64,000 bases of DNA. Origin: a virus. Under the pieces are notes generated by a model that saw nothing but the letters and a program-made list of their open reading frames with translations, was not told the DNA's origin and searched no databases. A program made the position numbers and the translations under genes. Of this stretch, positions 28,150-35,943 are shown piece after piece (the stretch's first letter is position 1; each line of letters opens with the position of its first letter). The stretch is taken from the IMG/VR virus record IMGVR_UViG_2912865023_000006, positions 3,291 to 67,290 of that record; one strand, given 5' to 3'.

Positions 28150-29912
28150 TGATGCGATATACATTGGAAGTCGAAAAGTACGATGTGCGCTGGGACGGGA
28201 CTGAGGCGGCTATGACTACACGAGGAATTAATCGCGCAATATACGAGGCGGCTGAGGCTGGGTACTCTGAGGTCGAAATCCCTAAAGGGAATTATCTTAT
28301 CGATGCAGTAAACCGCCTTGCAGTTAAACCGGAAGAAGGCGCAGGGATACGTGTACCGTCACACATGACCCTAATATTGCATCCAAAAGCAGAACTTATT
28401 GTAGAGCCAAACAGTTCTTACGGATATTCCTGCATCTACCTTGGAGAAGTCGAAAACGTGACGATAAAAGGCGGAAAGATACGCGGCGAACGTTATCAGC
28501 ACGACTTTACCGGGCACGGCAATCTAAAAAAGAAGGAAACTCACGAATGGGGTTACGGCATAAACGTACATGGCGCCAAAGATGTCGTGATCGAAGGCGT
28601 TGATATTGCGGATTGCACAGGTGATTGTATTATGGTGAACGCTCAAGGCATGCTAAACGTGCCGTGGACGACTTACCGGCCTGCCCGCAATATTACGATT
28701 GAGCGCTGTAAATTGGATGGTGCTCGTCGAAACAATATATCGGTCACTGGCGGCGAGGATGTGAAAATCGATAAAAACGTAATAACCAACGCTGGCATAA
28801 ACGATGGCTGCAAGCCTATGTTCGGCATTGATATCGAAGGTTACGGAGAAGGCAATATCGACTACGAAGAGCCTCGCAATGTGAGGATAACGAATAATAC
28901 GTTCAAAGGAAATATATTGCAGTCCGTTTGCAACTTCAGCGGATACGAGGTCGTCATTTCCGGAAACTATTCGGATAACTCGATCTCTTATGGATTCGGA
29001 ACCGACACTACTATCTCAAATAATACGTTAGTACGTACGGACAAGAAATATACCGCAATTACGAGCCTCGGCGTTTCTGCCGGCTTTACTGGAAATAACA
29101 CGACAATCACCGGAAATACGATAAAAGGCTTCAGCAGTGGTATTGACGTCCGGGGTGCAGACGTCTCAGTATCCGGAAATACAATTTCGGAGCTCAGCGC
29201 TGATGGCACCGCATTGGCCACCTTCGAAGCCAAGAACGTTAAGTTTTCGGATAACATCGTAAACCACTGTCCGGGTAAATTATGTAGCGCGCGTAACTCA
29301 AAAGATATAACGTTCGAAGGTAACGATCTCCACGATTCGGATATTACTGCGATAGAGATTGCCGATTCCATTAACGTTAAAGCGAAGTCGAACGACATTA
29401 AACGCAGTAAGCAAGGCGTCGTAGTTACTCGGTCTTCGGCGAAACTGATAGACAACGACATTGATCTTACCGACTACTCTGGCGCAACAGGATACGCTAT
29501 ATCTTTCGATAAGGGAAGCGACGTGGATATCAAATACAGCCGCATACCAAAACCGGCAAACATGGCTATTTACGGAGAAAGCGCCGAAGGTCGAACCGTT
29601 CGCATTAAGAACAACGACATCACTGACGCGAAATGCTTGATACCGATTTACGTCGTCGGTGGTAAAAACCCTGAAATATCCGGAAATGACATAACGTTTA
29701 ATCGGAAGGCTTCGGGCGGTTACGGAATTCAAACGAAAAACACCGACGGTGCCTTAGTAAAGGAAAACGTTGTGTATTCGTCCAACTCTTTCGGGCTGTA
29801 CAATCCGATAAAGACTTCCGATTCTATTAATTCGCGGGTCATCGGAAATAAGATAGCCGGAACCCTATCGCTTAACCAAACCGATATAGAAACGAATAAT
29901 ATTTCAATTTAA
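28149..29912 (+). CDS. Right-handed parallel beta-helix (pectin-lyase-like) protein
   Basis: IPKGNYLID, repeated ITGNTI / IEGVDI-type beta-helix repeats; no signal peptide. Confidence 0.85.
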   Translation: MMRYTLEVEKYDVRWDGTEAAMTTRGINRAIYEAAEAGYSEVEIPKGNYLIDAVNRLAVKPEEGAGIRVPSHMTLILHPKAELIVEPNSSYGYSCIYLGEVENVTIKGGKIRGERYQHDFTGHGNLKKKETHEWGYGINVHGAKDVVIEGVDIADCTGDCIMVNAQGMLNVPWTTYRPARNITIERCKLDGARRNNISVTGGEDVKIDKNVITNAGINDGCKPMFGIDIEGYGEGNIDYEEPRNVRITNNTFKGNILQSVCNFSGYEVVISGNYSDNSISYGFGTDTTISNNTLVRTDKKYTAITSLGVSAGFTGNNTTITGNTIKGFSSGIDVRGADVSVSGNTISELSADGTALATFEAKNVKFSDNIVNHCPGKLCSARNSKDITFEGNDLHDSDITAIEIADSINVKAKSNDIKRSKQGVVVTRSSAKLIDNDIDLTDYSGATGYAISFDKGSDVDIKYSRIPKPANMAIYGESAEGRTVRIKNNDITDAKCLIPIYVVGGKNPEISGNDITFNRKASGGYGIQTKNTDGALVKENVVYSSNSFGLYNPIKTSDSINSRVIGNKIAGTLSLNQTDIETNNISI

Positions 29913-29915
29913 TCG

Positions 29916-29944
29916 TTGACTTACGTTATACGATATCGTATAAT
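29916..29944 (+). promoter_or_regulatory. sigmaA promoter overlapped by perfect palindrome TATACGATATCGTATA
   Basis: TTGACT-17-TATAAT; palindrome at 29928-29943. Confidence 0.85.
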
Positions 29945-29972
29945 AGATTTATAGAGAGGAGGGGAAAAACGA

Positions 29973-30086
29973 TTGAACGCGGAAACGGTACTAATCATAA
30001 CGGCGATAGTAAACTTCGTCATTGCGGTAACGAATCTGGCAACCGCCTGTGTTAACGCAAAAAACGCTAATCGCAAAAACGACTAG
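29973..30086 (+). CDS. Small hydrophobic peptide (37 aa)
   Basis: GAGGAGGGG RBS, TTG start; MNAETVLIITAIVNFVIAVTNLATACVNAKNANRKND. Confidence 0.65.
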   Translation: MNAETVLIITAIVNFVIAVTNLATACVNAKNANRKND

Positions 30087-30180
30087 CGCCAGAACATTGA
30101 TACGGGGTTGATTGGAGAGTCCGCCCCGTGTCTCTTATAGTACCGTAACCAAAATGCAAACACAAGGAGGCGAGCGCGCC

Positions 30181-30270
30181 ATGTTAACGGGATTAACCAT
30201 CGGCATTACGGCGGCGGCCCTGATCGTAGCAATCGCGGGTCTTGTCGTAGCACTAAAACGGAGGCGATAA
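30181..30270 (+). CDS. Small hydrophobic peptide with basic tail (29 aa)
   Basis: AAGGAGG RBS; MLTGLTIGITAAALIVAIAGLVVALKRRR. Confidence 0.7.
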   Translation: MLTGLTIGITAAALIVAIAGLVVALKRRR

Positions 30271-30274
30271 CGGT

Positions 30275-30478
30275 ATGGAACAGCTTATGATTCGTAAAGT
30301 ATGGCCGGATGTACCGGCATTAACGCCGCAGCAGGAAGCGCAGATCCTCGAATTATACGTGCGCCCCGCCGCCAATTTCGGTCGATGCGGGCGCGCTTAC
30401 CAAATCGGGATTAATACGCTAATGCAATATTTCGGATATCGTATCGAAAAGGAAACGGAGAGCCATAACGATGATTGA
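30275..30478 (+). CDS. Hypothetical protein
   Basis: 67 aa, GGAGG RBS. Confidence 0.7.
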   Translation: MEQLMIRKVWPDVPALTPQQEAQILELYVRPAANFGRCGRAYQIGINTLMQYFGYRIEKETESHNDD

Positions 30479-30587
30479 ATACACTTGCCACGATTGCAAT
30501 TACGCTAAGTTAGATATCGAAATCAAGCCGGACGCGCGCTGCCCTACGTGTGGTACGCGGCTGGAAGTAGAGGAGGAAATCGTATGA
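30471..30587 (+). CDS. Small zinc-ribbon protein (38 aa)
   Basis: MIEYTCHDC...RCPTCG; coupled to both neighbours. Confidence 0.65.
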   Translation: MIEYTCHDCNYAKLDIEIKPDARCPTCGTRLEVEEEIV

Positions 30588-31021
30588 AACGTTTAGTTAA
30601 ATCGCTCGTAATCACCGCAACCTTATTAACCGGCACTATTGCGTTGGCTCCGCAAGCTGACGCGGCATGGTCGGGATGGCAGACGGAGAAGTTCGGACAC
30701 AAGGCGCGGGTATATACGAACGCAACCACGTACAGCAGTAGCGCAAGCACGGTCGACTGGAAAGCCGAAAAGAAAGACGGCGTCACACTGTATTATACGG
30801 CAGGCGTTTATAAAAAGCGCAGCGGCGGCGGTCTGACTGACACCGGCTTAGTACAGCGCGGAAGCTTCAAAACGGCAACGCCTCTGAAGTCGTTTAGTGC
30901 GAAGTCGATCCGCAGCAAGACCGGAAAAGGCACATACGTTATCCAGATCGACTGCTATTCGGATTCAGGCAAGCGCAAATACGTCGGTACGTTTGAGTCA
31001 GCGAAATTCAACGTTAAATAA
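30584..31021 (+). CDS. Secreted hypothetical protein
   Basis: Start moved to MKRLVKS (GAGGAGG RBS); Sec signal ending ADA-AWSG. Confidence 0.8.
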   Translation: MKRLVKSLVITATLLTGTIALAPQADAAWSGWQTEKFGHKARVYTNATTYSSSASTVDWKAEKKDGVTLYYTAGVYKKRSGGGLTDTGLVQRGSFKTATPLKSFSAKSIRSKTGKGTYVIQIDCYSDSGKRKYVGTFESAKFNVK

Positions 31022-31151
31022 TGAACGAAATGAGCCGTTTCAAGCTTTCGGATACCTGTCGTACCTGAACGCGTCTGAGGCGGCTCTCTCGTTGTAATTT
31101 CGTGATATAATCGTTCTATACAACGATGTAGGACACGGAGGTACAGCGAAA

Positions 31152-31331
31152 ATGGAGGAAAAATACGAGACTAACGGCCTTGATACGTCGATCACTTACG
31201 AATACAAGGAATTTCCGGACAAGCGCGCAGGACGATGCGACAATTGCGATTATACGCTGTTCAAAAGCTCGGTGAAGAGCGGGAAGTTTTTGCGCGAATG
31301 TAGAAGATGCGGTATGAAAAAGAATATTTAA
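31152..31331 (+). CDS. Small zinc-ribbon protein (59 aa)
   Basis: GGAGG RBS; MEEKYETNG...RCDNC...ECRRCGMKKNI; extended -10 TGATATAAT upstream. Confidence 0.75.
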   Translation: MEEKYETNGLDTSITYEYKEFPDKRAGRCDNCDYTLFKSSVKSGKFLRECRRCGMKKNI

Positions 31332-31335
31332 ACGC

Positions 31336-31369
31336 AAAAAGAAAGACGCCTTAATGGGCGTCCTTTTTC
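31336..31369. terminator. Bidirectional intrinsic terminator
   Basis: A-tract, GACGCC-ttaatg-GGCGTC stem, T-tract; lies between convergent genes. Confidence 0.85.
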
Positions 31370-31372
31370 GTT

Positions 31373-31426
31373 TTATGCTCCTCTAACGATACTTTCTAGC
31401 GGACTAGCTCCCCGTGGCATTCCCAT
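31373..31426 (-). CDS. 17-aa peptide MGMPRGASPLESIVRGA carrying two arbitrium-like hexapeptides (GMPRGA, SIVRGA)
   Basis: GGAGGTGA RBS (GGAGG 8 nt before ATG), TGGTATAAT extended -10 (TATAAT at 31460-31455), terminator immediately downstream. Confidence 0.8.
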   Translation of the reverse strand: MGMPRGASPLESIVRGA

Positions 31427-31455
31427 TCGCCTCACCTCCGACCTACATAGTAAAA

Positions 31456-31884
31456 TTATACCACGCGTGCTTTCCTTTTCGCACCTATATTCGACCATAT
31501 CGCGTCCTGCTTCCGTTTATTCTCGGCAGCTTCCGGAAACATACGAAAAAACTCGGCTTCGTCTTCGATGGGCTTGCGGAAATAATAGACGAGGTTCTTC
31601 GCGCCGCCTCCGTTCTCTACCGTTTGTATTAGCTGCGCCTGGACTAACGTTTTGACTGCGTTACGGTACGTTGAATCGCTCATGGCCAGCGCCCTAGCCG
31701 CCTGTTCTTGCGTTGGAAAGGCGTAACCGTAATCCGCATTATAAAACTTCAGCAGAAACGCGTATACCAACACGGCGTTACCGTTCAGCTTCGGAAAGTA
31801 TTGATAATGCGTTAGAATAACGTTAGGTATGCCCGTATAGCCCGCCGCATTATCAAACGGCAGGGCCTTCGCTTTATCGCTCAT
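31456..31884 (-). CDS. HTH_36-like winged-helix protein (initiator N-terminal-domain-like)
   Basis: YTGIPNVIL...LVYAFLL...YAFPTQEQAARALAMSDSTYRNAVKTL; start moved to MSDK. Confidence 0.8.
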   Translation of the reverse strand: MSDKAKALPFDNAAGYTGIPNVILTHYQYFPKLNGNAVLVYAFLLKFYNADYGYAFPTQEQAARALAMSDSTYRNAVKTLVQAQLIQTVENGGGAKNLVYYFRKPIEDEAEFFRMFPEAAENKRKQDAIWSNIGAKRKARVV

Positions 31885-31915
31885 ATAATCGTCCTCCACT
31901 TAAATAATATTCGAC

Positions 31916-32095
31916 TTAAGCCGGCTTACGGCGCTGCCACTCCGTCAACAAACGATCGAGTTCGGGCGTACGCGCATATTGCCAAAACTTCCGTAAAGTA
32001 TTTTCGTTCAAGCCTACGCAGATATATCGTTGGTCATGGTCGCGCAGGAATTCGTATAGATTCGCAGAATAGCAGTAATAATAACCGTTGTGCAT
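31916..32095 (-). CDS. Hypothetical 59-aa protein
   Basis: GGAGGTG RBS; MHNGYYYCYSANLYEFL...KFWQY...LLTEWQ. Confidence 0.7.
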   Translation of the reverse strand: MHNGYYYCYSANLYEFLRDHDQRYICVGLNENTLRKFWQYARTPELDRLLTEWQRRKPA

Positions 32096-32123
32096 CCGAT
32101 CGCACCTCCGTAAATAGATAAAT

Positions 32124-32142
32124 AAAAAGGCGCTTATGCGCC
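32124..32142 (-). terminator. Short intrinsic terminator
   Basis: GGCGC-ataa-GCGCC then TTTTT. Confidence 0.55.
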
Positions 32143-32763
32143 CGTATGCTCTACCCTTTCGCCCGTTGCGATATTAACCGTGAATTGGCCGTCTGTACGT
32201 CCGTTAACAAAGTCGTTATAGCGCTTGCGACGTTGCTTATTGAGCGACTTGGCGCGCGCATCAACGAAAATAGATTCGTAAGTTGATAGCGAACGGCGCG
32301 TAGGTTCGGCGCGATTACGGCCCGTTTGATCGTACTCTTCCGCCAGCTTGCCGGATCGCTCTCCGTTCTTGCGCGTCGTTTCCAGGCGTTCGCTCATGAT
32401 CGGATATTCCGCCTTCATTTTATTTTTATTCGTATCGGTTAATTCTTCGAAAAGTACGAGATCTGCCATGCGATCTAACGCGATGGAGTCTGGTTCTTTG
32501 TCCGTCGCGTCCACGTAAGCGTCCGTAAACGCCGTGATTCGTTCTATGCGCGCTACACGATCGGAGATATAAATGGACCGCAAGTCAAGACCGGCGTGCT
32601 CATCGGTCTTATACGCAACAATTTCACCATCAACCAACACGCGATCGCCTTCTTTCGGCCGGCCGGAAACACAGCGCCAAGCTAACGGACCGCCCGTCCT
32701 ATAATCGCGCCTGACTTCGAGCTGTAATTCCGTAATCATTTCGTGCAATAAAGCGTTATCCAT
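32134..32763 (-). CDS. Hypothetical protein
   Basis: 209-aa ORF coupled to the upstream sigma-like gene. Confidence 0.75.
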   Translation of the reverse strand: MDNALLHEMITELQLEVRRDYRTGGPLAWRCVSGRPKEGDRVLVDGEIVAYKTDEHAGLDLRSIYISDRVARIERITAFTDAYVDATDKEPDSIALDRMADLVLFEELTDTNKNKMKAEYPIMSERLETTRKNGERSGKLAEEYDQTGRNRAEPTRRSLSTYESIFVDARAKSLNKQRRKRYNDFVNGRTDGQFTVNIATGERVEHTGA

Positions 32764-33152
32764 TAATTCGTCCCCCTTATCGCGTAGCCTTCGCCGTGGC
32801 TCGCCCAGTAGTAATAAACATCCGTTAACCTATCGACAGCTGCGTTTAAGTGAAATACGACGGCTTGTTGCGTAATGCCTATCCGTTCGCCCGCATCGGT
32901 TTGCGTTAATTCGCCGAAGTAAACGAGCTCAATCGCCTGACGTTGCCGATCCGTTAAGCCGGCGAGTTCAATCGCTTTATGAATGTCGATTAGCACTTCT
33001 ACGGCCGCATAGTCGCCGCAACGCTTCCGGCTGACGAACTTCTGGTAATCGGCGAGTAATAGCTTGACGCCTTCTGCGTTATCTAGCGCATAGGCTGCGT
33101 TAAATTCGCGATCCTTTCGGTGTATGTCCACTCTGACTTTACCTATCTTCAC
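32763..33152 (-). CDS. Sigma-70 region 4-like HTH transcriptional regulator
   Basis: LTDRQRQAIELVYFGELTQTDAGERIGITQQAV; start uncertain (GTG 33152 or ATA 33146). Confidence 0.8.
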   Translation of the reverse strand: MKIGKVRVDIHRKDREFNAAYALDNAEGVKLLLADYQKFVSRKRCGDYAAVEVLIDIHKAIELAGLTDRQRQAIELVYFGELTQTDAGERIGITQQAVVFHLNAAVDRLTDVYYYWASHGEGYAIRGTN

Positions 33153-33705
33153 CAACCCCCTCTGACATGTCGGATGCAAATCTAAAATAAAAGTTTTTTG
33201 ATCTGGATTTTCTTCTCAAGATACACTGCTTAGAAATCGTGTCCCTCCTGACACCAGTCACTTTTGATGCTTCGGCACCACTTTCGTAAGTCGATATCAC
33301 GTGTCCATCGGAACTAATTTGAGAAACAGGCTTTGAGTGTAATTTTTTCATCAACTCTCTATGTCTTTGGGGATCGATTAATCCGGTGCGCCAAGCGTGA
33401 ATCTTATTTTCTCTAGGAGTAACCCACTCTAAGTTGGATACTTTATTATTCTTTTTATTCCCATCCTTATGGTTTACGTAATTTCTCTTCGTGTCTTTTT
33501 TAAGGAAAGCTAATGCAACCAACCTGTGAACACTGACATCTTTTCTGTTACCATTTAACCAGAGGACTACTTGCGAGTAACCATGTTTATCTCTCAGTTT
33601 TAGCTGCTTACCTGTGAGGTGGTTTCTAACATTACCTTGGTTGGAGACTTCGTAAGCGTCTCCACACTCCACCAATCCTTTCAATTTCCTCCACTCTTCT
33701 TTCAA
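33139..33705 (-). CDS. Free-standing NUMOD4-HNH homing endonuclease
   Basis: EEWRKL...YEVSNQGNVRN (NUMOD4), VHRLVA...VNHKDGNKKNNKVSNLEW (HNH), C-terminal NUMOD1-like; AT-rich. Confidence 0.92.
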   Translation of the reverse strand: MKEEWRKLKGLVECGDAYEVSNQGNVRNHLTGKQLKLRDKHGYSQVVLWLNGNRKDVSVHRLVALAFLKKDTKRNYVNHKDGNKKNNKVSNLEWVTPRENKIHAWRTGLIDPQRHRELMKKLHSKPVSQISSDGHVISTYESGAEASKVTGVRRDTISKQCILRRKSRSKNFYFRFASDMSEGVGEDR

Positions 33706-33724
33706 AGCTAACCGTCCCCTTTCG

Positions 33725-33753
33725 TTGACTCCTTCGTTAATTTCGTTTATGCT
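33725..33753 (+). promoter_or_regulatory. sigmaA promoter for the counter-oriented ORF
   Basis: TTGACT-17-TATGCT. Confidence 0.6.
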
Positions 33754-33785
33754 TAACGTAAACGCTTCCGAAAGGAGTTTCGTTT

Positions 33786-34184
33786 ATGGTTCTTACGTGG
33801 ATATCTAACGAATATGTTGAACGTAAACTTAAAGCTTACATAACTATCGAAAAACAGCGGCGCCTGTTTGTTTCGACTGGAGCGCGCCGTGTAATCGGCC
33901 TGCCTACGGACGGTCCGTTTTATCTTGTAGTCGCATATGAACCGGAGTCCCGGCGCATCGTGGTCGGCAAGCCCGAATTAGTAAACCAACCGGACGTTAA
34001 GCCGTTCAAGTTCGATAAGCGCGGCAACGTATCAGCCATTCCGTTCTTGCGTAAGGTCGGTATTGATTTCGACAGCCTACCGCAGCGCTATTACTTGATC
34101 GGCGATGGCGAGGCGTCCAAGCAGCCGTATTTGGCGTATCCTTCGCATACATACGCGTTTCAGTTAGACGCTGATGCCAATTGA
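33786..34184 (+). CDS. Hypothetical protein (counter-oriented moron)
   Basis: AAAGGAG RBS, own promoter, 132 aa. Confidence 0.75.
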   Translation: MVLTWISNEYVERKLKAYITIEKQRRLFVSTGARRVIGLPTDGPFYLVVAYEPESRRIVVGKPELVNQPDVKPFKFDKRGNVSAIPFLRKVGIDFDSLPQRYYLIGDGEASKQPYLAYPSHTYAFQLDADAN

Positions 34185-35377
34185 TCCGCAAGCGCCCGTC
34201 CGATATACCACGCAACACGCGAAGCAATTCCGTTACCGACAATCCGATACTGCGCCGATAAAGAAATATCGTCTGGCAGGACGTAAGTATCTGGCGCAGA
34301 TTGGATTCGGAGACATTCGCGAACGGTGAAACGGCGCGGCGCTTCCGTTGGGTGGATCGGCTGTCCACTGTTGTGATGCGCAGGAATTGTATTTGACGGC
34401 TTATCTAGCGATTGCACGCGATTGGCTTGATCGTATGTGTATTCGCTTTTTGGCGTCCAATACTTCCCGCAGTCTTGACGTTCGGGTTCCGGTAAATCTC
34501 CGATCACATCCCGCAATACTCGCGTCTGATAATCGCCTTCTAACGGCTTCGGAAACTCAAACGTAAATCCAAGATCCTTCCGCACACCAACGATAAACAC
34601 CCGCTCTCGCTTCTGTGCTACTCCGTAATGCCATGCATTTATTACCTGCCAACTAATCTCGTAACCTATTTCGTTAAACTTCTCGATAAGTGCGTCGAAT
34701 GTAGGGCGGTGGCGCTTCGTTATCAATCCCTTAACGTTTTCAAACACGAAGGCTTTCGGCTGCTTTCGTTCAATGATTTCGAGATACCGCCATACGAGTT
34801 TACCGCGTTCTCCGTCAGCGCCAGCGCCTTTGCCTGCGACCGAGAAGTCCTGGCACGGAGGTCCGCCGAAAATAACGTCTGTGTCCGGTAAGCTGTCGAT
34901 ATCTACTGCGTTTATATCCGCCTGCTCAACGTGATCTCCGAAGTTATGGCGGTAAGCTTTAACGGCGTTCTTATCGAAGTCTAACGCCTTCACAATGTCG
35001 TAGCCTGCCGCTTTGAATCCGATAGCTCCGAGTCCTCCTCCACAGAATAATTCAAGTACCGTAAATCCATTTGCCGACTGTTGCGGTGTTAAGTTAAAGT
35101 CGCCCATATATTCGCTCCTTTCGATTGGTTCATTCGGATGTAAGTGGCATGTAGCTTTCGCCATTACCGACGCCGTGATCGTCAAAGCCGGCTCATCCCA
35201 AGACATTTTACGAAGATATGTCGTTTGACCACCTCCGCTATAAAACGCCCCTCTCATAAACGCCTTCTGTTCTTCTTCCGGAAGATCGCGCCAGTTACCA
35301 CCATCCGGAATCTTGTGCGCATAGGGTTTCTCATCATTTCGTAACCCGTATCCGTAATGATTCGGAATATTCGTCAA
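34160..35377 (-). CDS. C5 DNA-cytosine methyltransferase with extra N-terminal TRD-like segment
   Basis: Motif I ELFCGGG, IV GGPPCQDFS, VI FENVKG, VIII QKRERV, IX RRFTVRE, X GNGI. Confidence 0.95.
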   Translation of the reverse strand: MTNIPNHYGYGLRNDEKPYAHKIPDGGNWRDLPEEEQKAFMRGAFYSGGGQTTYLRKMSWDEPALTITASVMAKATCHLHPNEPIERSEYMGDFNLTPQQSANGFTVLELFCGGGLGAIGFKAAGYDIVKALDFDKNAVKAYRHNFGDHVEQADINAVDIDSLPDTDVIFGGPPCQDFSVAGKGAGADGERGKLVWRYLEIIERKQPKAFVFENVKGLITKRHRPTFDALIEKFNEIGYEISWQVINAWHYGVAQKRERVFIVGVRKDLGFTFEFPKPLEGDYQTRVLRDVIGDLPEPERQDCGKYWTPKSEYTYDQANRVQSLDKPSNTIPAHHNSGQPIHPTEAPRRFTVRECLRIQSAPDTYVLPDDISLSAQYRIVGNGIASRVAWYIGRALADQLASASN

Positions 35378-35943
35378 ATCAACACCTCCGCCATCAACGC
35401 GTCCAGTTTCGCATATAATTCATCGATCGTTCCGTCGTTTGTAATTTCGTAATCAACTTCGAAATCTAACAACGCAAGCTCGGTCGGATGCTTCAACGCC
35501 GCCAAGTCGAAGTCATCACCGGCTTTTCTTGCGCGTTCAATCCGTAGGTCTTCAGGCGCCGTGATGCGTATTAACTTAAACCCTTCGGAGCGCAGTCGTG
35601 CGTATTCGTTTGGTTGCCGACAGTCTTCGACCAACACGCGGTTTTTAAGCATCGGCGCTAGGCCGCCACCGCAGTCGCAGGAATACCGCGTCAGGTAAGC
35701 GTCCACCTTCGTCATAGTTGCGTTAACCCAGACGTCCTCGCCGAAAGCTTCTCGCGCCCACTGTCCGAACTTTTGATAATACGCGCGCGGCTTCGGCTTT
35801 TCGGGTACGGAAGGGAATGCGCGATGGAAGGCGGCTTTGAGTTCGTCGCCGAATGCGAACGGGTGGAAATCGTAATGGAGCGCCAAGTACCCGGCGGCCT
35901 GCGACTTGCCTGCGCGTAACGGTGCGGTTAGGGCGAGCTTCAT
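35374..35943 (-). CDS. Deoxynucleoside monophosphate kinase-like P-loop protein
   Basis: APLRAGKS, FAFGDELK, YQKFGQWAR, EDCRQPNE, ITNDGTIDEL. Confidence 0.8.
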   Translation of the reverse strand: MKLALTAPLRAGKSQAAGYLALHYDFHPFAFGDELKAAFHRAFPSVPEKPKPRAYYQKFGQWAREAFGEDVWVNATMTKVDAYLTRYSCDCGGGLAPMLKNRVLVEDCRQPNEYARLRSEGFKLIRITAPEDLRIERARKAGDDFDLAALKHPTELALLDFEVDYEITNDGTIDELYAKLDALMAEVLI

